The notes under the pieces were generated by a model, which worked only from the letters and a program-made list of their open reading frames with translations, was not told where the DNA came from and made no database searches. A program made the position numbers and the translations under genes. Shown here piece after piece: positions 16,407 through 25,815 of a stretch of 64,000 bases of DNA. Each line of letters opens with the position of its first letter. Position 1 is the stretch's first letter. The stretch spans positions 640,001-704,000 of the forward strand of contig CAWCLO010000001.1 of NCBI GenBank assembly GCA_963796455.1. Reading direction: 5' to 3'. This DNA comes from Candidatus Sulfomarinibacteraceae bacterium. GTDB taxonomy: Bacteria > Acidobacteriota > Thermoanaerobaculia > Thermoanaerobaculales > Sulfomarinibacteraceae.

Positions 16407-19034
16407 GTGGGGGTTTTTTCCACTCTGAAGTCATCGGTGGGCGCGCCATTTGACAAAGAACGGGTCGAGCACGAACTCGACGAGGAGCTCCAGAGCTACC
16501 TCGAACTCCTGATCGACGAAAAGGTCCAAGCCGGTGTGGAACCCGGCAAGGCGCGTCGCCAGGCGCTGATCGAGCTCGGGGGAGCCGAACAAATCAAGAC
16601 GACCCTCCGCGAAACACGCCATGGAGCCGGGTTCGACACCCTGATCCAGGACCTCCGATTCACCCTTCGTCTGCTGCGGAAATCTCCAGGATTCGCCACC
16701 GTCGTGATTCTGACTCTGGCCATCGGCATCGGCGCGAACACGGCGCTTTTCAGCTCGATCAAGGCGCTGCTCCTGAGCAGCCTGCCGTATGAGGAACCGG
16801 CCCGGTTGGTTGCGATGACCAAAACATATGAAGGACGGCCGAGGGGCCCGGTCTCGAGACTGGACTCCCTTGACTACCGGCGTTTGAATCGCACCTTCGA
16901 AGGCTTTGGCGTGCTCTCCGGTAACAATCGATTCACCCTGACCGGTGGTGATCGCGCGCGACCCGTCTTCGGCACCTTTGTCAGCTGGAATCTTTTCCAG
17001 ATTCTCGGTGTGAGGCCCGACGCAGGCCGACTCTTTCTCGAGAGCGAAGAAAACCAGGGCGGAGCCAACTTGATTCTCGTCAGCCACTCGTTGTGGCAGG
17101 ACCTCTTTGCGGGTGGGGAGCACGCCATCGGTTCGTCCCTGCATCTCAACGGCCTGCCCTATGAGATCGTCGGCGTGATGCCACCGGGCTTCGAGTTCAT
17201 GTCCGAGGCCGAGTTGTGGGTTCTGATCGATCGTGATTGTCCGATCGACATGGCTCGAGACTCCCACAGTATGTGGGCCATCGGCCGCCTCCAAGACGGT
17301 GTCACCCTCGAACAGGCGCAGCAGGATATGGACCGCGTCGCCGCCATCCTCGCCGAGCAATACCCGGACACCAACAAAGACAAGGGGCTCCGCCTCTACG
17401 ATCTCCGCGAATTCATGGTTGCGCACGTCCGTCCGAGCCTCAATCTGCTCATCGTCACGACCGCGCTGGTCCTACTGATCGCCTGCGGCAACGTCGCAGG
17501 GCTGATGCTGGCGCGGGGCCAGAGCCGGGTTCCCGAGATGGCGATGCGAGCCGCCCTCGGAGCACCGCGGAGCCGTCTGATTCGCCAACTCATGACCGAA
17601 AGCGTGATCCTGACCCTTCTTGCCGGTGGTATCGGAGTCATCGTGGCGTTCCTCTTCCACGGATTCCTCCTCCGCCTATTGCCGGCGGGCGACGCCGGCG
17701 TGCCGGTCGCGAGGATCGACGGCGGCGTGTTGCTCTTTGCGCTTGTCATTTCAATTGTGACCGGTCTTGTTGTCGGCATCATCCCGGCCCTCAGGGTGAC
17801 TTCCTTCAATATCTGGCGCAAGCTCGAGATCTCAGGCAGGACGACAGAGAGCGGTCGTGGGACCCGCCTCAGAACGCTCCTGGTGATCGCCCAGGTCGCA
17901 ATGTCGGTCTCCCTGCTCATCGGCTGCGGCTTGATGATCCGCAGTATGGTGCAACTCACGCGTGCTGATCTTGGATTCGAGCCGAAGCATCTCGCCGGCG
18001 GCACGATCGCGATTCAAGCTGACGACCACCCGTCGATGACCGAGCGCGCCGGCTTTTTCGCGTCGCTGATCGAGGAAATCGAGGCTTTGCCCGGTGTCGA
18101 ACGCGCGGCCCTCATCACCAAGCTTCCTATCGCCTCGGGCGGAACCGATTGGCCCATCTGGCATGCCGCCGATCCCCGCCCCGAACCGAGAGACTCGGAT
18201 ATGGCCCTGGCCCGGATCGTGTCGCCCGGTTATTTCGACACCATGGCCATTCCGCTGCTCCGAGGGAGGGACATCGCCCATTCCGATCGAGAAGAAGCGG
18301 CCCGGGTTCTGGTCATCAGCGAAGCCGTCGCACGGGGTCTGTTTCCCCAATCCGATCCGATCGGCCAGATGGTCAAACTCGGTTGGTACGACGAGCCCTT
18401 TGAAATCGTCGGTGTCGTCGGCAATGCCAAACTGAATTCGGTTCGGAATGACTTCACCTGGGCGATGTATATGTCCTCCGCTCAATATGGATGGACAAAC
18501 CAATGGCTGGCGCTCCGCGCGCAAGGGGACGCAGATCTCTTGTCCGCTTCGGTCCGAAAGATCCTCGACGCTAAAGATTCGAATGCTCTTTTTGGCGGTC
18601 TTCAGACCATGGAGACGATCATCGACAACAATCTTTCGGGCTTTCGCGTTGTGATGCTGGCACTTGGAATACTCGCCATCGTGGCCATGCTCTTGACCGC
18701 GATCGGTCTCTATGGAGTGCTTGCTTACCACGTCAGCCAACGGACCAACGAATTCGGGATCAGGGTGGCGCTCGGCGCGACTTCGCGAGAGGTCGTCGGA
18801 CTGGTGTTCAAAAAGGGACTTGTCATGGTCGGCGCGGGCATCATTTTCGGTCTGCTCGGGGCTTCGCTGGTATCACGCCTGATCCAGAACCTTCTGTACC
18901 AGACCGGGGTCCTCGAACCTGCAGCCTACGCTGGAGCCGGGGCATTTCTGGGCGCCGTCGCCCTCATCGCCTGTTTCCTGCCCGCCTGGCGCGCGTCGCG
19001 CATCAGTCCCGTCGAGGCCCTCCGCCGAGAGTGA
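16407..19034 (+). CDS. ADOP-type ABC permease (duplicated MacB-PCD/FtsX) with permease-prefix domain
   Basis: ELDEELQSYLE prefix, LAIGIGANTALFS, LLIACGNVAGL, EFGIRVALGA, C-terminal PVEALRRE. Confidence 0.93.
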   Translation: MGVFSTLKSSVGAPFDKERVEHELDEELQSYLELLIDEKVQAGVEPGKARRQALIELGGAEQIKTTLRETRHGAGFDTLIQDLRFTLRLLRKSPGFATVVILTLAIGIGANTALFSSIKALLLSSLPYEEPARLVAMTKTYEGRPRGPVSRLDSLDYRRLNRTFEGFGVLSGNNRFTLTGGDRARPVFGTFVSWNLFQILGVRPDAGRLFLESEENQGGANLILVSHSLWQDLFAGGEHAIGSSLHLNGLPYEIVGVMPPGFEFMSEAELWVLIDRDCPIDMARDSHSMWAIGRLQDGVTLEQAQQDMDRVAAILAEQYPDTNKDKGLRLYDLREFMVAHVRPSLNLLIVTTALVLLIACGNVAGLMLARGQSRVPEMAMRAALGAPRSRLIRQLMTESVILTLLAGGIGVIVAFLFHGFLLRLLPAGDAGVPVARIDGGVLLFALVISIVTGLVVGIIPALRVTSFNIWRKLEISGRTTESGRGTRLRTLLVIAQVAMSVSLLIGCGLMIRSMVQLTRADLGFEPKHLAGGTIAIQADDHPSMTERAGFFASLIEEIEALPGVERAALITKLPIASGGTDWPIWHAADPRPEPRDSDMALARIVSPGYFDTMAIPLLRGRDIAHSDREEAARVLVISEAVARGLFPQSDPIGQMVKLGWYDEPFEIVGVVGNAKLNSVRNDFTWAMYMSSAQYGWTNQWLALRAQGDADLLSASVRKILDAKDSNALFGGLQTMETIIDNNLSGFRVVMLALGILAIVAMLLTAIGLYGVLAYHVSQRTNEFGIRVALGATSREVVGLVFKKGLVMVGAGIIFGLLGASLVSRLIQNLLYQTGVLEPAAYAGAGAFLGAVALIACFLPAWRASRISPVEALRRE

Positions 19035-19121
19035 TTGAGTTCTCCTTGCCTCGAGGCCACTCACCGGGCGCCTGATGACAGGTCCGCGCGACCGGCGTAT
19101 GGTTGGTCGGCGGAGGTCCGG

Positions 19122-20573
19122 ATGAGCACAGAAAACGGCCACTGGGACGCCGAAACCTTTCGCCGCGAGGGCCACCGGATGGTGGACTGGATTGCCGAAT
19201 ACCTCGATGGCGGCAACCGTGAGTACCCGGTCCTGGCAAAGGTCGAGCCCGGGGACGTGACGGCCAGGCTCCCAAAGACGATGCCAGAAAATGCAGAGGA
19301 TCCGGAAGCGGTGTGGCAGGATTTCCTCGATATCGTGATGCCCGGGGTCACCCACTGGAACCACCCCGGATTCATGGCCTATTACGGGATCACGGGTTCC
19401 GGTCCGGGCGTTCTCGGCGATATGCTCTCGGCCGCCCTCAACGTCAACGGCATGCTGTGGCGAACCTGCCCATCGGCCACCGAACTGGAACTGGTGGTTT
19501 TGGATTGGATTCGCAAAGGCCTCGATCTGCCCGACGAATTCTTTGGTTATCTCACCGACACGGCCTCCGTCTCGTCGCTCCTGGCCCTGGTGGCGGCGCG
19601 CGAGGCGGCCGATCCCTCGATTCGGCAACGTGGGTCAGCCGGTGGAGATCGACCTGCGAAATTTGTCGTCTACGCCTCCGACCAGACCCATTCGTCGATT
19701 GCCAAGGCCTGCGTCACCATTGGGCTCGGGCTCGATGGTTACCACGACATTCCCCACGACGACGATTTTCGGATGGACACCGCCGCGCTCGCCAGGGCGA
19801 TCGCCGACGATCGGGCAGCGGGTCTGCAACCGCTTGCCGTTGTGGCGACGGTCGGAACCACCTCGACCACATCGGTGGATCCGGTGGCGACGATTGCAGA
19901 GATCTGCGAAACGGAAGGATTGTGGCTTCACATCGATGCCGCATATGCCGGGTCGGCGGCATTGTGCCCCGAACAACGTTGGTGTCTCGAAGGCTGCGAA
20001 CGGGCCGACAGTTTTGTCTTCAACCCCCACAAGTGGCTGTTCACGCCTTTCGATGCATCAGCTCTCTACACCCGCCGCCCGGAGATCTTCAAACGCGCCT
20101 TTTCGCTGGTGCCCGAATACCTCACGACACCGGTCACCGGCCAGGTGGTGGATCTGATGGACTATGGGATCCAACTCGGCCGCCGCTTTCGGGCGCTCAA
20201 ATTGTGGTGGATCCTGCGCTGCTTCGGCGCCGAGGGGATTCGTGACCGCCTGCGCCGCCACATCGAAATGGCCAAGTCCTTTGCCGACTGGGTGGATGAC
20301 TCGCCGGTCTTCGAGCGCCTCGCGCCGAGCCCCTTCTCGGTGGTCTGTTTCCGCGCCCGGCCGAATGGCGTCGAGGGCGAAGCGCTCGACCGCTTCAATA
20401 TGGAATTGATGGAGTACGTCAACGCGGCCGGCGACATATTTCTTTCCCACACCAAGCTCGATGATGTGATTTCACTGCGGGTCGCCATCGGCAACCTGGC
20501 CACCGTCGAAACCGATATCGACCGCTGCCGTGAACTGCTCACGGAGGGCCTGGAATGCCTCTCCCGCCGCTGA
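19122..20573 (+). CDS. Group II PLP-dependent decarboxylase (aromatic L-amino acid decarboxylase-like)
   Basis: PGVTHWNHP, SPSATELE-like CPSATELE, HIDAAYAG, NPHKW (PLP lysine), GRRFRALKLW. Confidence 0.92.
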   Translation: MSTENGHWDAETFRREGHRMVDWIAEYLDGGNREYPVLAKVEPGDVTARLPKTMPENAEDPEAVWQDFLDIVMPGVTHWNHPGFMAYYGITGSGPGVLGDMLSAALNVNGMLWRTCPSATELELVVLDWIRKGLDLPDEFFGYLTDTASVSSLLALVAAREAADPSIRQRGSAGGDRPAKFVVYASDQTHSSIAKACVTIGLGLDGYHDIPHDDDFRMDTAALARAIADDRAAGLQPLAVVATVGTTSTTSVDPVATIAEICETEGLWLHIDAAYAGSAALCPEQRWCLEGCERADSFVFNPHKWLFTPFDASALYTRRPEIFKRAFSLVPEYLTTPVTGQVVDLMDYGIQLGRRFRALKLWWILRCFGAEGIRDRLRRHIEMAKSFADWVDDSPVFERLAPSPFSVVCFRARPNGVEGEALDRFNMELMEYVNAAGDIFLSHTKLDDVISLRVAIGNLATVETDIDRCRELLTEGLECLSRR

Positions 20574-21445
20574 CCAGAACCGCCGGCCCGCTGGCCACCC
20601 TTCGCGCCCTGGCGATCATTCCGTTGGGATTCGGCTCGCTCCTTTTGATCAACATCATCCAGATGCTGAGCCTGGTTGTCCGGCCGTTTTCCCGCAGCGC
20701 CTTTCGTCGCATCAATCGCTGGTGCGCAGACTCCTGGTGGGGTTGGTGCGTCAGCTGGGCGGACTGGGCGTACGGCCTCCAAATTCAAACCACCGGCGCC
20801 GATGTGCCGATGCGAGAAAACGCGCTCCTCGTCGCAAATCACCAACAGATGCCCGATATCCCCGTGATCATGAAGTTCGCACGCACGAAGGACCGCCTCG
20901 GGGACCTGAAATTCTTTGTCAAGAAACAACTCAAGTGGGTGCCCGGTCTGGGTTGGGGCATGCAGTTCCTCGACTGTCTCTATGTCGATCGCGACTGGAC
21001 CTCGGATCGGGAAACCGTCCGCCAGACTTTCTCCCGGTTGGTCGAGGGCAAGGTCCCCGTCTATCTGGTCTCCTTTGTCGAGGGCACCCGTTTGACTCTT
21101 TTCAAACTCGAAAAGGCGCAGGACTATGCGCAAGAAAACGGTCTCCGCGCGCCCCGTCACACCCTCGTGCCGCGCACCAAGGGCTTCGCCGCGTCGGTGG
21201 AGGGCTTGCGCGGCCACATCACTGCGGTCTACGACCTGACCATCGGCTACGAGGACGGCGTGCCATCGCTTTGGCAATACCTCCAGGGCCTGGTCACCAA
21301 CATTCATCTCCACGTGAAGCGATACCCCATCGAAGACCTGCCTGAAACCGCCGACGACCTCCGGCAATGGCTGCTCGACCGCTTCGAGGAGAAAGACGCC
21401 CTGCTTGATTATTTTTACGAGCATGGATCATTTCCAGACGCTTGA
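20555..21445 (+). CDS. Lysophospholipid acyltransferase family protein
   Basis: NHxxxxD (NHQQMPD), LKWVPGLGWG, FVEGTR, LVPRTKGF, VYDLTIGY. Confidence 0.9.
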   Translation: MPLPPLTRTAGPLATLRALAIIPLGFGSLLLINIIQMLSLVVRPFSRSAFRRINRWCADSWWGWCVSWADWAYGLQIQTTGADVPMRENALLVANHQQMPDIPVIMKFARTKDRLGDLKFFVKKQLKWVPGLGWGMQFLDCLYVDRDWTSDRETVRQTFSRLVEGKVPVYLVSFVEGTRLTLFKLEKAQDYAQENGLRAPRHTLVPRTKGFAASVEGLRGHITAVYDLTIGYEDGVPSLWQYLQGLVTNIHLHVKRYPIEDLPETADDLRQWLLDRFEEKDALLDYFYEHGSFPDA

Positions 21446-21465
21446 AGCTGGCCACAAAAAGGGAA

Positions 21466-22200
21466 GAGATGTTGGATACCGGATGCCGGATGCTGGAACG
21501 AGCAGCGTTTCGGAGAAACCGCAGATCACGCAGATGAACGCAGATCGACCGTCGCTATCGAACGCTGTCTGGGCTAACGATCTCTCAGCAAGGTATGGGA
21601 AACCGCACTGCCCGATCCCGTTCCCGAATTGCAGCGGCAGCGACAGTGTCCAGCGACAGCGACAGCGTCAGGGAGCGGCGACAGCGTCAGCGGCAGCGAA
21701 CAGCGATCAGTGATCAGCGGCGGCGGCCAGGAGTACAGGCGACGAAGTGGCCACCTCCGGGTCGTTCAACGGAAGAAGTAGCCGGTGGGCTGCCGAGTTG
21801 GGAGAGACCGGTCGGCCCACTGGAGGATCGCCTACGCCTCGGCGAAAGAGGTCGATAGCCACTTGCAGCTTCTCGCCCACGCCGGATCGATCAGTCGAGA
21901 TGGAGCCGGTGAAGCGATGAACGCCTTCGATCAGGTCCGTGCCATGATCTGGCGGCTCTTGAACCCTAATGGGTAAGTGCTATTCGCTGACGCTGACCAC
22001 TTTCGCTGGCGCTGGTTTCTGCCGCTGATAGCTGACTACTGTTCCCTGACGCTGTCCGCTGTCGCCGTCCCTGAACGGCGACCGAGAACCTGTCATGGAT
22101 AAGAGTGTTATCCTGCATCCTGCATCCTGCATCCTGCATCCTGCATCGAGCATCTCGCATCGAGTATCGAGTATCGAGTATCGAGTATCTCGCATCGTGA
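21466..22200 (+). mobile_element. Four-helix-bundle repeat element, copy F (5'-truncated gene)
   Basis: GATGCTG-type arm / CATCCTG-CATCGAG arm; CAGCGA arm / TCGCTG arm; 42-bp core 21749-21790; gene remnant in the centre; mobility is inferred. Confidence 0.65.
21800..21976 (+). pseudogene. C-terminal half of a four-helix-bundle gene
   Basis: GRDRSAHWRIAYASAKEVDSHLQLL...WRLLNPNG, 43/58 aa identical (manual count) to the C-terminus of the 61107-61458 product. Confidence 0.85.
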
Positions 22201-22211
22201 ACCCGTCAGGT

Positions 22212-23519
22212 TCACGACTCTTCCGCCCCCATCTGCCGGAAGAGTCTTGCGGTCCAGAGATGAAGCGCCACGGCGAGGGCCAGGATCACCGCCCCGGTTG
22301 CCTGATGGGTTGTGGTGATCGTCACTTCGAGGGCGGTCGGCGAGCCGACAACCGCGTTGCCCTGGGTCACGGCGAGCGCCGCGATCCCAAGGAAGACCTG
22401 CACGGACGCCAGAATCACCAACCCTTTGCCGAAGGCCTCCACCGGCCACGATCCGCCGTACATCCCCCACGCCCGGGCGCCGACCATCACCGCCAACAGG
22501 ACCACCACCGCAGCCAACGAGATGTGGACGATCAGCAGCGCCGCGAGATGCCGTTGAGCTGCTCCCAGCACGAGCTGCAACACCAGGGTCGGAATCAACC
22601 ACCGCTGCAGGGTAAGATCATCGCGAACGTGCGGACGCTGCTCTTGCGCGGGCGCATCAAACCACAGACTGCTGGTCACCACCGCAATGGCCACAATGAC
22701 ACCGAGAAAAATCTGACCGAGCACACCGTGCGCCAGGGCCAGGGCAATGCTCGGCGCCATGTCCTCGGGCGAGGTGCTGAGGGTGAAACCACCGGTGACT
22801 CTCAATCCGCCAAGGATTCCCTGCAGAATCACTAGAACGACGGCTGCTGCCGACAGGCAATGCAACCATCTCCGATCGTCGCGACGCCACAAGCGAATCG
22901 CCAACACGATGGTGGTCAGACCGACCAGCGCACCAAAGAGCCGATGGGCGTGTTCGTAATAAATGCCGCCGGTCATCCGCGACAAAGGATAGAGAAACAT
23001 GTTGTAACCAAACGAGTTCGGCCAATCGACCACGGCCAGACCGGCTTCATTGCTGGTCACAAGACCGCCGGCAACCACCAAAAGAAAGGTTGCGGCAACC
23101 GCGACCTTTGCAAGCAGCGCCGTCCAGGCATTCTCAGGAGACCGCCGCTCCTGGTTTGCACCGACTGCGGCCAGACCACCGGCAATCAGAGCGATCACCA
23201 GCACGGAGCCGGGAATCCACCACAGCGCCGATGGGACCATGGACCCGCTTTCCGTCGAGGCCAGGAGCGAGCCGAGGACCAACATGTTGATCACCGCCGC
23301 CACGGTGCCCACCATGACCCCGGCCAACCAACCACCACCGGACCGCGCACCCGTCAGCCATCCCCAGACGCCCACCATGATCAGCATCAGGGCCAGAAGC
23401 AGCCAACTCGGCGCCATCACCGCCGGCAGGCGGCAAAAATAGGCGACGGCCCACATGGAAACCGTCATCGCGAAGGCGAGGGGGATCACATAACTGCGAT
23501 CGGACGTGGATGTTGTCAT
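22212..23519 (-). CDS. ctaA: Heme A synthase (COX15/CtaA family) with extra N-terminal TM region
   Basis: GLAVVDWP, YEHAHR, QGILGGLRV, HGVLG and two further His in the C-terminal half; divergent from ctaB. Confidence 0.82.
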   Translation of the reverse strand: MTTSTSDRSYVIPLAFAMTVSMWAVAYFCRLPAVMAPSWLLLALMLIMVGVWGWLTGARSGGGWLAGVMVGTVAAVINMLVLGSLLASTESGSMVPSALWWIPGSVLVIALIAGGLAAVGANQERRSPENAWTALLAKVAVAATFLLVVAGGLVTSNEAGLAVVDWPNSFGYNMFLYPLSRMTGGIYYEHAHRLFGALVGLTTIVLAIRLWRRDDRRWLHCLSAAAVVLVILQGILGGLRVTGGFTLSTSPEDMAPSIALALAHGVLGQIFLGVIVAIAVVTSSLWFDAPAQEQRPHVRDDLTLQRWLIPTLVLQLVLGAAQRHLAALLIVHISLAAVVVLLAVMVGARAWGMYGGSWPVEAFGKGLVILASVQVFLGIAALAVTQGNAVVGSPTALEVTITTTHQATGAVILALAVALHLWTARLFRQMGAEES

Positions 23520-23725
23520 CAACGACCTCCTTCAATCCAGTTACTTTTCCGAAGACCTCGAATACGAGCAAGGCATCCTCGGTTATACTGCGCGCGGCGT
23601 CTTCCGAACGCAGGCCGCGCGGCCACAATCGATGAACTCCTGCACTATACACTCGGTATGGTGCATCGCAGGGAAAACGTACCTATGGTAGAGCAGGTCT
23701 CAGTTCGAATAGCGCACACCGATCG

Positions 23726-24700
23726 GTGGAACCGGTGACGGTACGATCGGCGGTCTCGATGTACCTCGAGTTGGCCAAGGCCCGTCTCGGCGCGCTGGTG
23801 GTATTAACGGCGTGTGTCGGCTACGTGCTCGGCGCCCGGGGCGAGATCGATTGGACGGTCGGTCTCGCAGCGGTTGCCGGCACGGCCCTCAGCGCTTTTG
23901 GCGCCAATATTCTCAATCAATGGCGCGAAGCCGATCGCGATGGTCGCATGTTGCGGACCCGCGAGCGGCCGCTCCCTGCGGGCAAAATGCAGAACCGGCA
24001 GGCCGCCATGTGGGGGCTCGCGACCTCCGTTGCCGGTCTCGCGATTCTGGCGATCGGAACCAACTGGTTGACCACCGGTCTTTCGCTCTTCGTCATCGCC
24101 CTCTACGTCCTCGTCTACACGCCGCTCAAGGTCCGAACGCCACTCAATACCGTCGTCGGCGCAATCTGCGGAGCCGTGCCACCGATGATGGGATGGTCGG
24201 CGGCCACGGGTAGCCTCGACGCCGGCGCCTGGATTCTCGGCGGCCTTCTTTTCGTTTGGCAGATCCCGCATTTCCTGGCCCTCGCCTGGCTCTATCGTGA
24301 GGACTATGAACGCGGCGGTTTCCGCATGCTCCCCGCGGTGGACGATGGAGGCCGGATGACCGGTGGTTTTGCGGTGCTCTACGCCGCAGCTCTCCTGCCC
24401 GTCACAGCCTCTCTCAGCGTGGCCGGCATCACCGGTGGCATATTTCTGGTTGCATCTCAAGTTGTTGGATTAGCCTTTCTCGCCCTCGGATGGGTCTTTC
24501 TTCGGGACCGGACACAACAGACCGCCCGCCGTTTGTTTCTGGCCAGCATTCTGTATCTTCCGATCGTTCTGGGGCTGATGGTCGCCGATATGAAATCTCA
24601 CGCAATTCAGCCGCAGCCGAATGCTGAAATCGAGGCTGTCGCACGTCCGGACGCGGCTCAGATCGATATCGCTCCAATCCAGCCTCCATCGGGAATCTAG
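23726..24700 (+). CDS. ctaB: Protoheme IX farnesyltransferase (heme O synthase)
   Basis: DGRMLRTRERPLP, YTPLK, GAVPPMMGW, WQIPHFLALAW..REDY. Confidence 0.95.
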   Translation: MEPVTVRSAVSMYLELAKARLGALVVLTACVGYVLGARGEIDWTVGLAAVAGTALSAFGANILNQWREADRDGRMLRTRERPLPAGKMQNRQAAMWGLATSVAGLAILAIGTNWLTTGLSLFVIALYVLVYTPLKVRTPLNTVVGAICGAVPPMMGWSAATGSLDAGAWILGGLLFVWQIPHFLALAWLYREDYERGGFRMLPAVDDGGRMTGGFAVLYAAALLPVTASLSVAGITGGIFLVASQVVGLAFLALGWVFLRDRTQQTARRLFLASILYLPIVLGLMVADMKSHAIQPQPNAEIEAVARPDAAQIDIAPIQPPSGI

Positions 24701-24704
24701 GCCC

Positions 24705-25790
24705 TTGCAGACACCGGCGATCATCCGCAACGGTTGGTGGGTGGCCCTGATCGGCGTGGCGGTCAGCCTAGCAATCATCATTGCCGCACTGTCATCCACC
24801 CGAACATCCCGCCCGCAAGGAGCAGATACCGGGGAATTCGACCTCGAGAGTGCCAAGGTGCCGCGGCAGCTCATCGTCCGTGCCATGGACCGCGACGGTC
24901 TCAGAGCGTTGACCGATCCTTCGACCCTCGAACCAGCCGATATCGCCCACAAGAACGAAGAGGAACGCGGCAAACTGCTGGTCGGTAGCGACAGGGTCAT
25001 CGGGGTCGAAATCAACGGTGAGGCCCGAGCGTATCCGCTCCGCCTCATGCGTTGGCACGAGGTAGTCAATGACCGCGTGGGCGACCAGGCAATCGCCGTC
25101 ACCTACAGCCCCCTCTGCGACAGCGCGGCCGTCTACTCCCGTCGGATCGATGGGAATGTTGCGGATATCGGTCTTTCAGGCCTTCTTTTTCAGTCGAATC
25201 CCCTGCTCTATGACCGCCGCCTCGGACCCGCCACCTCACCGCTGTGGGTTCAACTCACCGGAAATGTCGTTGCCGGCGCCAGTCCGGATTCAGCCTCCGG
25301 GCTCCTCCCGCTCCCCGCCTCCCTGGTCACCTGGGCCGAATGGCTGAGCCTCCATCCCGGAACCACGATCCTGGCGCCGGAGGAGGATCTGAAAAAGCTC
25401 TACAAACGAGATCCCTACCACTCCTACTTCGGGTCCGACGTGCTCCGCTTTCCGGTCGATCCCATCCCGACCACCCACGAGCTCCGACTCAAGGACCGGG
25501 TGGTGGTGATTACCGTCAATGGCGAGGACTCGGTCTACGGCCTGCCCCAGTTGGCGGCGGCAATCGGAAAGAAGCGAGGGGTCATCGAAATATCGGTAGC
25601 GGATCTGCCCATCCGGCTGAGCTTCGACGCCGAGATCGGTACGGCTTCCGCGGAGGTCCCGAGCGACCCGTCAAGGCTGCAGGGAGTGCGGCTCGCATTT
25701 TGGTTTGCCTGGTATGCCCTGGAAGGAACGATTCCTGCTAATATTCAACCCGCCGTGACGGAGCGGCAACAATCAAAAACCAGAGATTGA
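24705..25790 (+). CDS. DUF3179-like membrane-anchored protein
   Basis: ARAYPL...HEVVND, VTYSPLC, SGLLFQSN.LLYDR, FWFAW; start uncertain. Confidence 0.75.
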   Translation: MQTPAIIRNGWWVALIGVAVSLAIIIAALSSTRTSRPQGADTGEFDLESAKVPRQLIVRAMDRDGLRALTDPSTLEPADIAHKNEEERGKLLVGSDRVIGVEINGEARAYPLRLMRWHEVVNDRVGDQAIAVTYSPLCDSAAVYSRRIDGNVADIGLSGLLFQSNPLLYDRRLGPATSPLWVQLTGNVVAGASPDSASGLLPLPASLVTWAEWLSLHPGTTILAPEEDLKKLYKRDPYHSYFGSDVLRFPVDPIPTTHELRLKDRVVVITVNGEDSVYGLPQLAAAIGKKRGVIEISVADLPIRLSFDAEIGTASAEVPSDPSRLQGVRLAFWFAWYALEGTIPANIQPAVTERQQSKTRD

Positions 25791-25815
25791 CTGAGAAACC
25801 TCCCGGAGGAACTTG

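Noticed and set aside
23520..25815. FNR box controlling the cco operon
   Set aside because: No TTGAT-N4-ATCAA match seen in the spacers before ctaA/ctaB or ccoN.
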